Below, piece after piece: positions 1 to 11,335 of a DNA stretch of 64,000 bases. The position numbers and the translations under genes are program-made. The DNA comes from Rebecca billardiae RCC1528 (taxonomy: Eukaryota; Protista; Haptophyta). Location of the stretch: NCBI GenBank assembly GCA_965240325.2, contig OZ251225.1, positions 2,914,001 to 2,978,000 of the forward strand. The letters run 5' to 3'. The notes under the pieces are model-generated. The model saw only the letters and a program-made list of their open reading frames with translations. It made no database searches and was not told where the DNA came from. Numbering within the stretch: position 1 is the stretch's first letter; the number at the start of each line of letters is the position of its first letter.

Positions 1-599
1 CCAGTGCACGGAGGCGGCGCGCTGCTCCGCCGAGGCGCTGCGCGCGCGGCCCTCCTTCGGCGCCAACTCCACAGAGCGCGCGCCGCCGCCGCCGCCGCCA
101 CCCCCGCCGCGCCCGTGCCGGCCCGCGGCAGCCGCGCCGCGCGCCGCCGCGCGCTCGACGGCGGAGAGCATGAGTGCAACCTTTGCCTGGCATTCAGCTG
201 TCTCCAGTCCCGGCGCGGAGCGGAGGGCGAGGCGGCCGCACGCCCACGCGCACAGCGCGAGCGGGCCCGCCTCGTGCGGCAGGAACACATGCAGCCCCTC
301 CCACTCCGCCACGATCTCGAGCCGCTGCGACCCAAACAGTAGCACAGGGCCGCCGGCGCGCGACGGCGGCGCGGGCGGCGCCGAGGGCGGCGGCGCGGCC
401 GGCGGCGCGTGCGGCCGCGAAGCGGCGGAGGCGGGGACGCCGAGGGCGGGGGCGTCGGTGCGTGGCTGCGCGGGACTGCCGCCCACGTGCACGCCGCCGC
501 CGCCGCCGCCCGCCCCCGCCGCCTCCTCCTCCTCCTCCTCGCTGCCCACAAACCCCACCTCCGCCTCCGCCTCCGCCGCCGCCGCCGCCGCCGCCGCCT

Positions 600-630
<31 letters not shown>

Positions 631-2147
631 CAGCAAATCGCCCGGCCGCGGCGCGCGGGCGCCGGAGCGGAGGAGCGAGGCGGGCGCGGTGCCCGCGCGG
701 CCGAGCGTCGCGGCGAGCGAGCGCGCCGCCGCCGACGGCGTCGGCGTCGGCGGCGGCGCGTCGGGGCCGCGACGCTCGGCGGAAGCGGGCGGCGGCGGCG
801 CGCGGCCGCGGCCGCGCCACCGCAGCGGCCGCCAGCCGCCACCGGACTGCATACGCGCCGCCGCGCGCGCGCCCGCCGGCGCGGCGGCGTTGGCGCGCGG
901 CGGTCGGCGCGGCGGCGGCGGCGCGAGCGCGCGCTCCGCCGCCGCCACCGCCTCCGCCGTGCACGCCCGCCCCGCGCCGCACCCGCCCTCCTCCGCCTCC
1001 GCCTCCGCCGGCGGCAGCGCACTCCCCGCGTGGAAATCGAACGCTCGTGCGCACGGCGCCACGGCGTCAAGCCACGCCGCCGCTTCAAGAAGCGGCGCTG
1101 GGGAGGCGAAGAGGGCGAGGTGGCGCACGCCGAGGTGGAGGGCACGTCCGCCGTGCACGCGCCGCTGCAGCGAGAACTCCACCATCGGCGGCGGCCCCTC
1201 GGCGTCGACGCCGCTCCCGCCGGCCGCGCGCGCGGCGGCGGCGCCGTTCGCGCCGCCGCCTGCGCCGCCGCCCGCGCCGCCGTCGGCGGCCGCGCCGCCC
1301 GCGGCGCCGCTTGGACGAGGCACGTCGTCGTCGTCGTCGTCGTCCTCGCCCTCGCCCTCCTCGCCGGCGCTGCCGTCCCGCCCGGCGACGGGCGCGTGCG
1401 TGCGCCCGACCAGCTCGACGCACGAGATGGCGGCGGCGGCGGCGGCGGCCGCCGCGTTCGCCGCGGCCGCCGCCGCTCGGCGCGAGGATGGGCGGGAGGC
1501 TCGGGCGGAGGGCTCGCGCGGCGGCGGCGTGGCGGCGGCGGCGGCGGCTGCGGACGCGTGCGCCTCGCGCGCGTTCGCCGGCGCGCTGCCCGCCGCCGCG
1601 CGGACGCTGCCCACGCGCACGCTCAGCGCCATCGTCGGCGCCTCAGCCGCCGCGCCCGCCGCCAACTCGGCGTGAGCCGCCGCCGCGTCGACGCCGTCGC
1701 TGCCTGCTGCGGCCGCCTCGGCCGCCAGGGCGGCGGCGCGGCGCGCGGCGACGGCGGGTGCGGCGTAGGGCGAGCGCGCGCCGATCTCAAGCACGAGCTC
1801 GTGCGCGACGTGCTCCGCCTCCACCACGGCGCACAGCCGCTGCGGCCGCGGCGGCTGCGCCGGCGGCGCCGGCGGGCGGCCGCGCGGCGGCGTGCTCGGC
1901 GGCCCTCGCGCGCCGCCCGCGCCGCCCGCGCCGCCCGCGCCGCCCGCGCCGCCCGCGCCGCCCGCGCCGCCCGCGCCGCCGCCGTTGGCCGCGCTCGTCT
2001 CGAGCACGTCGACGACGAGGCGCTCGACGCGCACGCCCAGCTCGAACGCCGTCACCAGCCGGTGCGCCCACTCCAGCTCCTGCGCTAGCTCGAGCGCCGG
2101 GCCGGCGCGCAGCCGAGCGGTCCGCAGCGACACGCGCCGAGGCGCGC

Positions 2148-2243
<96 letters not shown>

Positions 2244-4140
2244 GGCTCGCGCCGGGCCGCGCGGGCGCGCCGTTGCGCGGCTTCGGCTCGGCGGAGGGCG
2301 GGCGCACGCCCGGCCTCGGCGCCCCGAACGCCGCGCCGCCACAGCCGCCGCCGCTCGCGCTCGCCTGCCAGGCGGCATCGGCCGCGCCGGGCAGCGGCGG
2401 CGGCAGCGGTGGCGGCGCGGCGTCCGCCAAGCCCTCACCCGCGGCCGCGGCGGCCGCGGCTGCGACGGTGGCGGCGGTCAGCGGCCTCGACGGGTCCCAG
2501 CGGTCGCCGTCGACGGTGTGCAGCGCGGAGAACGCGTCCGCGAGCGTGTGCACGCGCACCAGCTGGTCGAGCGCCACCGCCGCCGGCAGTGGTGCCGGGG
2601 TGGCGCCACCGGCGCCGGCGGCGGCGGCGGCGCCGCCGCCGCCGCCGGCTCGCGCCGCGCCGCCGCGCTTGCCGCGGCTTCGGCGGCTCTCCTGCGCGGC
2701 GCGCGCGTGGAGCCGCGCGAGGAGCGAGGCGGTGTGCGGGTCGAGCGCGCGCGTGCACGCCTCGCCCGCGAACTCCTCCGCCACCGCCGCCCACCACGCG
2801 TAGTAGCAGCGGCTGATACCTCCCACATCTCTCACTGCCGCGGCGGTGTGCATGTCAGCACGCACGCGGACGGCGCGCGCGCTCGCGTCGACGCGGATGC
2901 GCGGGAGGAGGGTGACGACGGCGCGGAAGGCGTGCACGGTGATCACGGCGGGCGCGGCGTGCACCGTGCCCTCCACCGGCTCGGCCTCGGCGCGCGCCGC
3001 GTCGCCACGCTCCGCCGCGCCGCCCGCGCGACCATCAGCGCAGCCGCCGCCATCCGTACTTGCCCGCGCGCCGCGCTCGGCTGCGGAGCCGCTCGGCTCG
3101 GGCAGCGCGCGCGGCGCGTCGGGCGCGGCGCCGCCCACGCCCGCGAGCACGAGCGCACGAGCCGCCACCAGCGCGCGCTCCGCGCCCGCGCGCAGCGCCC
3201 GGACTAGTCCGGTAAACTCGTGGGCGGCCGACACGGCGGCGGCGCCTGCGGCAGCAGGGTCGGCCGACGCCGCGCGCGCCGCGGCGTCGGCGGCGTCGGC
3301 GACGGCGGCGGCGGCGTGCGCGAGCGGCCCGGCGGCGTGCGTATCGGCCGGCCCACCCTCCGCCGGGTCGCGCAGCAGCTCCACCGCCTCCGCCGCCACC
3401 TCCACCACCGCGGGCACGCAGCCCAGCATGGAGGCGGGCGCCGTGTCGTGCGGGCGCGTCCTGAGGCGCATGCGGCGCACGCGCTGCCAGACGAGGCCGC
3501 GGGGCTCGGCGGCGGCGGGCGCGCGGTGCGCGGGCGAGATCGGCCCGACCGGCGCGTCCATCAGCAGCAGCTCCGCCTCCTCCACGTCCACACGCACGCG
3601 GTTCACGAGCGAGTCGACAAGGCGAATCCAGAGCGCGCGGCGCGCGCGCAGTGCGTACGCCGGGCCGCCGGCGAGGTGCTCGTCGAGCAGGTGGCGGAGG
3701 TGGCCGACGCGCCAGGTGCGGCTCGCGCCGAGGTACTCCCGCGCGCCGCGCCGCCCGCCCATCCACCCGTGCCGGCTCTTGGGCACGGCGCCGCGCATCG
3801 TCAGCCGGTTGGCGCGCACGTGCACATACGCGAGCGACCACGGGATGATAAACTCGAGCGAGTCTCCCCACGCGGTGTCGACCTCGGCGGCGAAGATGTA
3901 GATGATCCAGTACGGCCACTGCGCCATCCAGCGCGTCATCTCCCACCGCTCGAAGCATAGCACGAGCCCCTCGCGCCCGAGGCGCGAGCTGAAGCTGAAC
4001 GTGGGCCGCAGCACGTTGGCGCGCGCGAGCAGCCAGCGGAAGAGCTTCTCGAGCACGGCGTCACGCACGCGCACGGCGAGGGCGACGAGGGCGAAGAGCC
4101 CGAGCGCCAGCAGCGCGACGGGCGGCGCGTACAGGAGCAT
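1..4140 (-). CDS. Large protein (>1380 aa, runs off the left edge) with an N-terminal hydrophobic anchor, beta-strand-rich segments and long Gly/Ala linkers; possibly a bridge-like lipid transfer (VPS13/BLTP-type) protein
   Basis: ATG at 4140 reads MLLYAPPVALLALGLFALVALAVRV..., then LVDSLVNRVRVDVEEAELLL and GVRVERLVVDVLE. The frame appears open to position 1, so it is absent from the ORF track. The antisense shadow ORFs 170-1675, 1892-2803 and 2846-3901 are all in the same register. The family assignment is weak. Confidence 0.7.
1910..1980. repeat. 9-bp tandem repeat (GCGCCGCCC) about x7, encoding Gly-Gly-Ala repeats in the minus-strand gene
   Basis: Read directly from the sequence. Confidence 0.85.
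2152..2241. repeat. (GCC)30 trinucleotide repeat encoding poly-Gly on the minus strand
   Basis: Read directly from the sequence. Confidence 0.95.
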
Positions 4141-4354
4141 GGCGTGCCGCGAGCCGTGGCGGCAGCGCGGCTCCTGCCACCACCGTCGGCTCGCGAGTCC
4201 GCCGACGACTCGAATGAGAATGGCGGCGGCAGAAGGACTCTTCTTCTCTGTGCTGCTGCTGTGCGTCCATCTTGGGCGCCATCGTCACCGCGAACGCATC
4301 AGACTCCTTGCGCCGCCGGCCAGGCTGCCTCGTGGGCAGCGCGCGGCAGGCAGC

Positions 4355-5065
4355 ATGGACGAGCTCACGGCCGAGCTCGTCTCTGAGCCGCTCGAGTCGG
4401 CGCTGCGCGGCGCCGTGTACGGCGCGAAGATCCGCGGGCCGCACGCGCTCGTCATGGCGCTCGTCTTCGGCCGCCACTCGCCGCGCCGGCTCGCGCGCGG
4501 CGTGCTGCGCGCGACCGCCTCGCACTCGCGCCGCCTCGCCGTCTTTGCGCTGTGCTACAAGCTGCTGCACGGCGCGCTCGCGCGCGCGCTCGGGCAGGCG
4601 CGCTCGCGCGCGGGCGCCTTCGTCGCCGGCTGCGCCTGCGGCGCGTACGTGTGGGGCGACGACACGCCCATCAACACGCAGCTCAATCTGTACCTGCTCG
4701 CGCGCGTGCTGGTTGGACTCACTCGCGCGGGCGCGGCGCGCGCGGGCGTGGGCGGCGGGAAGGCGTGGTTCAGGCTGTGGAGCGCGGCGATGTGGGGCGC
4801 GGTGATGTGCATGTTCGAGGCCGACTCCCTGCACCGCCACATGCAGCCCTCGCTCGTCTCGTCGATGAAGTACATCTACGAGCCTCGCGAGCACGCCGCG
4901 AGCGCCGCGGACGTCGCGCGCGGCGGCGGCGCGCGCGGCGCGGCGACGGACGGCGAGGGCAGGCTGGTCGAGCTGCGCGACGTGGTACCGACCGCGCTGG
5001 TCTGGCTTGTCAACGCGCTCCTCGCGCGCCGTGCCGACGCCGAGCGCGCGCGCTTGCGCGGCTGA
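4355..5065 (+). CDS. PXMP4: Peroxisomal membrane protein 4 (PMP24, Tim17 family)
   Basis: GAVYGAKIRGPHALVM, INTQLNLYLLARVL and QPSLVSSMKYIYE match PXMP4 motifs. Confidence 0.9.
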   Translation: MDELTAELVSEPLESALRGAVYGAKIRGPHALVMALVFGRHSPRRLARGVLRATASHSRRLAVFALCYKLLHGALARALGQARSRAGAFVAGCACGAYVWGDDTPINTQLNLYLLARVLVGLTRAGAARAGVGGGKAWFRLWSAAMWGAVMCMFEADSLHRHMQPSLVSSMKYIYEPREHAASAADVARGGGARGAATDGEGRLVELRDVVPTALVWLVNALLARRADAERARLRG

Positions 5066-5500
5066 CCCAGTGCCGACTCATAGCGCCGGCGGCGGCAACG
5101 ATGCCGACGCGCAGCGTAACGACGTAACGTCGCGGCTGCTCACACTGTGAGCATTCTTAGTGTCAGTGACGATGATCATGTGGCTGTGAGGCCACCGGGT
5201 TGGTCACTGCATGGGAGATACAGCAGCCGTTAATAATAAAGAATCGAGATTATCACTCAGCAGTGGTGTCAAATCTGCGTGCGGCGAAGACGATCGACAT
5301 CAGCCACAAGGCCGTCGTCCGGACTCGATCGCGCCGGACGAGTTCAGTCGTTACCGTACGATTAATGGCGGGCCGTATTAGAATAAATCTTGCATGTCGC
5401 CTCAATCAAAGCGACGATTGCCGGCTCATCTCAGCACCCCTTGTTGACGCCGGCCCGGCTGTACTCGGCGTCGACGATCGCGTGCTCGCGTTCGTGTGCG

Positions 5501-8500
5501 ATGCGGCTTCTCGCGTTCGCCCTCGTCATCCTCGCGCTCTCGCCCGCGGATGGCGCGTGGGCGAGCCCGCACCTCGAGTGGCGCTACGCCTGGCACCCCG
5601 GCTTGGAGAAGCAGGTGATGTCCGCAGCCACCGCCTCGCCCGTCGTGCCAGACGAGCCGGCACTGACCGCAGAGGAGCTCCGCGTCTTCACGCCGTACGC
5701 GCTGGCCATTCTCGCCGGTGTTCAGACGCTGCGCGACGTGATCGAAGAGCCCCTGCTTGTGCGCTGGCTCACGGACGAGATCATCGAGGCGCTCGTCGCC
5801 GTCGACGAGATGTATGTCGAGGGCCACTTCCGGCTCTGGTGCGAGACGCGGCCGGGCACGGACGAGGCGCAGCTCACCGCCGAGCAGCTCCGAGACGCGT
5901 GCGACAGGATGCCGGCGGACGCGCCGCGCGTGGGCGATGTAGACGCCGGCGATGGTGGCGAGCAGTCGACCAGCGCGGTCATCATCCCAGTCGTGATCAC
6001 CGTCTTTGCGCCGACCGACCCGTCCATCGATGTGCCATCAGAGCGGCATGTGCGGAACAACTTCGCGCAGCTGAACAACATCTTCGGCGGGTTCCAGTGG
6101 CGCGAGGGCTACGCCAACACGCGCACGCCACCGCGCGACGGGCCGCGCCCTGACACACGGCTGCGCTTCGAGCTGTCCGCTCTCAAGTTTGTGAGTAATC
6201 CAGAGTACGCGGAGTGCCCGCACGCCGCACTGCGAGCTGACCACGACGGATCGTACGGTGCGATGCTGCGATCATGTGTGCGTGAGATCGGCGCCTGGAT
6301 GCGGAGTGGCTGGTGAGCGACACGCCCCCTGCTGAGTCCGCCCCCGCCCGCACGTGCACCCGTGCTGCCAACCCAGGCTTTCCTGGCACCGACGTGATCA
6401 ACGTCTTCGTGTGCGATATGAAGGGGACAGCAAGTGGCTACGCTGGCTTCTTCCGCAACGTGTTTCTGGCCACCGCGGAACTGCAGGGCTTGCCCGACCA
6501 GGGGCGGGGGCGGGGGTTGCCCTTTTCTGTAATGTACTCGCAGTCGATCACGCTCGCGCACGAGTTTGGCCACGCGCTGTGCCTGCACCACACCTTCCAG
6601 GTGTGCGGCCGCGCACCCTATGACGCATGGCGACAGGCATGCAGGGTTCACCGCACGGAGCCGTGCCCAGCTGCCTCTCGTGCGAGTGTGCCCCGCCCCT
6701 TACCCTCGCCATGCCCGCCTGCGGCTGCTCGGTGGACCTGCCCCTCTCCACTGCTGCTGCCCCCGCTGCCCCCGCTGCTGCACGTGCAGGGCGAGTGCGG
6801 GCTGGAGGGCGACGAGGTGGGGGACACGCCTTCGGAGCGTCATCCCGCCAAATACCATGATTGCGCACAGCGCGTCGACTGGGACATGGACCTGTACATC
6901 CAAGCCATGGAACGTGATGCTGACGAGATCTTGCACTCGGAGGAGATAAAGCAGTCATATATCTCTCTGTATGCGCGCGCATGCGTGGCCACACTCGCCC
7001 CACCGATGCGCTGTGCAGATGCGCACTGCTCGACGCAGCTGCGCTCGTGACGGCCTGCGCACGGCTGTGTGTGCCCCCGCACCACGGTGCCCGCTGCGCG
7101 CAGGTACCTTGACGCTGGATACACGCCGGAGGAGGCCGAGGCCGCGTACCAGCGATTCCTGGAGCACGCGGAAGATGCACCGAAGCCAGATCGCGAGGAG
7201 ATTGAGTTGATGTTCACCAACGGCAAGGGCCGTCCCCAGCAACCGGACACGTGTCCGACCCTGCCAGGCCTGGATCCGGTGTACAACGTGATGAGTGCGC
7301 GCGCGTGCCATGACGCGTGGCGTGCGCCGCGGCCGCGCGAGTGCTGCCAACGCCACGGCAGCGGCTGCGGCGGCAGCGACACACCGCTGGCGACGGTGCC
7401 CGCCGCTGGAGCCTCGCTCACGGCGGCCGCGTTTGCCCGCGCGCTCACCCGTTGCGTGTGCGCGGCGCTTGCGTGCAGGCTACAGCTCGTGTGGCGTGCG
7501 CTTCAGCGACGGCCAAATCCGTCGGATGCACGCCTTCGGCGACGGGTCCGGCCCGCTGGGCTGGTGGTCTCACAGGCGCTCGCTCTTCGATCCATCCGCT
7601 TTTCGGCAGCGCTGGTGGGTTGTCGGCATTGGCAAGTGTTCAGCCGCCCAGCCCGCGGTGCAGCAGGACGCGGAGCACCTCTCCGCATGCCTCGCGCTCG
7701 CCGAGCGCACGGCGCCGAGCGCCGGCGAAGCCGTCGCCGCGTTCCGATCGAGCGGCGCTGGCTCCCCCGGCGAGTGCATCGTCCACGTGGACGGCGGCGC
7801 GTGCCGTGCCGGCAGCGAGTTGGATGACGACGGCAGCCGCTGGCTGACGTACGCGCCCCGCTTGGCCGCTGCCGCCGAGCTCGAAGGCGGGTGGGTGGCA
7901 GGCTCAGGCTCGACCGCCGCGGTGCACCACTCCACGCGTGCGCTCGAGCCGGGCGCGCCGCTGGTGGTCTACATCGTCCAAGACCCGTTCCTCACCTCCG
8001 ACGACAACTGGGCCGCGCTGTACGAGGAGGGGGCGCCGCCGTCGTCCAGCGCGACGCCGGTGGGCGGCGTCGAGTGGAAGCTGGGAGAGCTGCCCGTGGA
8101 TGGCGCCGACGAGACCGGCCACCGGCTCACGCGCAGGCTGGAGATCTCCGCGCCCGCGCAGGCGGGCGTGTACGCCGTCCGGCTGCACTGCTGCGGCGGC
8201 TACAGCAGCCTGCTCGGCGAGCGCGAGGCGAGCGCCGCTCGGTTCCTCGTGAGCGAAGACCCGGCCGAGCGCGCGGCGTTTGAGGCGGCGGTGGCGCGGG
8301 AGGAGGGCCCGGGCGGGGCCACGGATTCCACGCCGCCTGAGCCCACGTCGTCGTCGTCGGGCTCGATTGCAGTCGCCCTCTTGGCCATCGTTGCGCTGGT
8401 CGTTGGCGTGTACGCGGCCGACCACAAGGGGTGGCTGCCTGCGTGGCTCAAGCCATACGTGCCGCCGCTGCCGCCGTGGGTGCTCGCGGCGCTGCCGGCG

Positions 8501-8659
8501 AGTGCACGTCCGCCGCCGACTGGCAGCGCTGGGCAGCAGCCGCAGCCGCCAAGGGGAGGCGCGTCTGCAGCAGCTGCCGGGAGCGCGCCGCGCGCGCCGC
8601 CGCCGACCGCGAATACGCCTGCCGCTGGGGGCTGCCTGCCCTGTCTGCCAATGGTGTAG
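5501..8659 (+). CDS. Membrane-anchored M43 (pappalysin/ulilysin-like) zinc metalloprotease. Predicted exons 5501-6257, 6377-6600, 6790-6968, 7104-7294, 7479-8659
   Basis: Signal peptide MRLLAFALVILAL; TLAHEFGHALCLHHTFQG..GDEVGDTP; spliced Met-turn DPVYNVMSYS..FSDGQIRRMH; C-terminal TM IAVALLAIVALVVGVYAA. GT-AG junctions restore the frame. Confidence 0.8.
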
Positions 8660-8841
8660 ACGGTCATCATCAGTGTCGTCGTCGCCAGCCCTGATCACGG
8701 CGCTGATGTCGTCCCGCTGATCGGCTGCTGATGAGCCAGTTGACGACCGCCGAATCGGGTCAGCGCTTGGCCGCTTGCTAGTGACGCAATTTGATGCTGT
8801 CGCCAACCAGACGATGGTTATTGGTCCGTGGTCGCCTGCCG

Positions 8842-8909
8842 ACTAATTCTATGATTTAAAGACACAGGCACGAGGGCGCAGCTCTCCTGATTCGTCTGTA
8901 GTGGTACTG
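8842..8909. repeat. Dispersed repeat, copy 1 (copy 2 at 57594-57677)
   Basis: ACTAATTCTATGATTTAAAGACACAGGCACGAG is identical in both copies, and similarity continues to ...GTACTG. Confidence 0.85.
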
Positions 8910-9200
8910 GTCGAAGCTTGCAGCAGTGGCAGTGGTGTGAGCGCGTTGATGTTGGTCCCCATGGCGGATGTCGTTGTTGTCGTCGTCCGGACGTCGTCAG
9001 GCCCACCAGGAAGTGCATGGGTACGAAATCAAAGGCGAGGCCGTCGGTCGTCAATTTGACAATTTCATCCCATAATTATTTCAAATCATTTGATGGGGCG
9101 CCTCGCCAGTCGCCATTATTATTGATGAGTTATTGATCGTATCACGCCGACGACGGGCGTCGGCCGGTGGGGCTCGGGCGACCGGCGCCGCCGCACGACG

Positions 9201-11096
9201 ATGGCGCCGTGGACGGCTGCGCTGCCACTGGCGCTGCTGGTGCTGGCACGGCGTGTCGAAGGCAAGCACGTGGTCGTCGTCGGCGCGGGCATGTCGGGTC
9301 TCGCCGTCGCCGGCCGCCTGGCCCGCGCGGGCGTGCGCGTCACCGTGCTCGAGAAGAACGAGCGCGAGCTGCTCGGCGGCCGGCTGGGCGAGCTGAGCGT
9401 CGAGGCGGCGGGCGCGCGCTTCCGCTTCGAGACGGGCGCGTCGCTGCTCCTGCTGCCGCGCGTGTACGCGGAGACGTTCGAGGCTCTCGGCGCGCGGCTC
9501 CCCGACCTCGAGCGCGTGCGCCCCGCGTACCGCGTCTTTCTCGATGACGACGGCGGCGCGGCCGACGAGCGCGCGGACGCTGCCGTGCTGCGCGCGCGCG
9601 GGCCCATCGACCTGGGCGGCGACGAGGACGAGCTCGCCGCGCGGCTTGCGCTGGAAGTAGAGGAGCCCGAGGCGCTGCGCAAGGTGCACGCCTTCTTCGC
9701 CGCGGCGCGCGCCTTCCTCGCGTGCGGCCTCCCGCTCTTCATCGAGGCGCGCGTGCGCACAGGTCTGGCGTCACTCCCCCAGTTCGTGGCGCAGGCGATC
9801 CGGTTCAACCCACTCGGGGGGCTCGACGCGCAGCTGCGCGGCCTGCTGCCCGGCTCGGCACGGCTGCGCGCGCTGCTCTCCTTCGACACGATGTACGTCG
9901 GCCTCTCGCCCACCGCCGCGCCCGCCGTCTTCTCCCTCCTCGCAGCGCTCGCCTGCGACGAGCCGCCGCCGGAAGCCGCTGCTGGCTCGGCTCGGCTCGC
10001 GGAGAGCGGCGTGTGGTACCGGCGGGGCGGCTTCCACGCGCTGGCGAGGGAGCTGGGCGAGGTGGTGGAGGGGCTGGAGGGCGTGCACGTGCGCTACGGC
10101 TGCGCGTGCGCGCGCATCACCACCACGGACCCGCCAGACGACGGCGGCGCCGACGGCGGCGGCGCTCTGGGCCGCGCGCTCCGCGCCGCATGCTCCGCGC
10201 TCGGCCCGAGGCGCGCGCCGCGCGCCACTGGCGTCGAGCTGAGCTCCGGCGAGCGCATCGCGGCTGACGCGGTGGTGTGCACCGTCGATCTGGCGGGCGC
10301 CGAGCCCGCGCTGCTCGGCCCGACCCTCTCGCGCAGCGCGTACGACCCACCGCCCGCGGGCGGCTGGGCGTACTCGTCCTCTGCCGTGACTCTGCTCTGG
10401 GGTGTGCGGCGGCGGGCGGCGGCGGGCTCTGCGGACGACCGCGCGGCCGGCGCGTGCGCGGGCGCGGACACGCGCGTGCTGCGCCACCACAACGTCTTCC
10501 TCGCGGCCGAGCCGGGCGCGGAGGGCGACGAGTCGCGCTTCCGAGCCGCGTGGGCCGGCGTGCTCCCGGACGACGGCTCGCAAGGCACCTTTGCGCCGCT
10601 GCGGCCGCGCGCCGCCTCCTGTCTCAACATGTACGTGTGCGTGTCGGCGCGCACCGACCCGAGCGCGGTGAGCGACGCGGCGGCGTGGGACAACCTGATG
10701 GTGCTCGTGCCCGCGCCCGCGCTGGACGAGGGGTGGAGCGAGGCGCGCGCGCGCGAGCACGTCGACCGCTGGGTGTCCGACGCGCGCGAGGCCGCGCTGC
10801 GCGCGCTCGAGCGCGCGGGCTGCGACGGCCTGCGCGACTCAATCGTGCACGAGACAGTGATCGACCCGCTCGCGTGGCGCGAGCGGCACGGGCTGCGCCG
10901 GGGCGCCGTCTTTGGGCTCGCGCACGGCCTCGGCCAGCTGAGCGTGCTGCGCCCGGCGCAGACCACGCCGCTCGTGCGCGGCGTGCACTTTGCCGGCGCT
11001 TCGACCGCGCCCGGCAACGGCGTGCCCCTCGTGCTCATCAGCGCCGCGCAGGTGTCGCGCACCGTGCAGCGCGAGCTGCAGCTTGGCGACGACTAG
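9201..11096 (+). CDS. crtI: CrtI-type phytoene desaturase family FAD oxidoreductase with a signal peptide
   Basis: VVVVGAGMSGL Rossmann motif; RFETGASLLLLP; LLSFDTMYVGLSP..AP.VFSLL; GAVFGLAHGLGQ; VHFAGASTAPGNGVPLVLISA. Confidence 0.85.
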   Translation: MAPWTAALPLALLVLARRVEGKHVVVVGAGMSGLAVAGRLARAGVRVTVLEKNERELLGGRLGELSVEAAGARFRFETGASLLLLPRVYAETFEALGARLPDLERVRPAYRVFLDDDGGAADERADAAVLRARGPIDLGGDEDELAARLALEVEEPEALRKVHAFFAAARAFLACGLPLFIEARVRTGLASLPQFVAQAIRFNPLGGLDAQLRGLLPGSARLRALLSFDTMYVGLSPTAAPAVFSLLAALACDEPPPEAAAGSARLAESGVWYRRGGFHALARELGEVVEGLEGVHVRYGCACARITTTDPPDDGGADGGGALGRALRAACSALGPRRAPRATGVELSSGERIAADAVVCTVDLAGAEPALLGPTLSRSAYDPPPAGGWAYSSSAVTLLWGVRRRAAAGSADDRAAGACAGADTRVLRHHNVFLAAEPGAEGDESRFRAAWAGVLPDDGSQGTFAPLRPRAASCLNMYVCVSARTDPSAVSDAAAWDNLMVLVPAPALDEGWSEARAREHVDRWVSDAREAALRALERAGCDGLRDSIVHETVIDPLAWRERHGLRRGAVFGLAHGLGQLSVLRPAQTTPLVRGVHFAGASTAPGNGVPLVLISAAQVSRTVQRELQLGDD

Positions 11097-11335
11097 TATG
11101 GGGGTACAGTACACCATAGAATAGTGTCTCACAGCGGCCTCACCCCCCTGACTGTAGAAGCGTACTGTAGCCGTAGTCAGACAGTAAACCGGTACCAAGG
11201 CCGGTGCTAGTTACTGCATGTACAGTTTGCTTCTAAGAATAATGAGAGACGCACACAGCTTGCTCATCAGGCAGGCGAGATTGACGCCGCCCGCCAACTG
11301 TCGTCACCGATGGCGGAGCGCCGTCGGACAGTACA

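Noticed and set aside
170-3960. Long plus-strand ORFs (501-880 aa)
   Set aside because: Arg/Ala/Pro-rich antisense shadows of the minus-strand gene; stop codons are rare at this GC content
8630-8659. CaaX prenylation signal on the M43 protease
   Set aside because: The Cys is fifth from the end (CLPMV), not fourth
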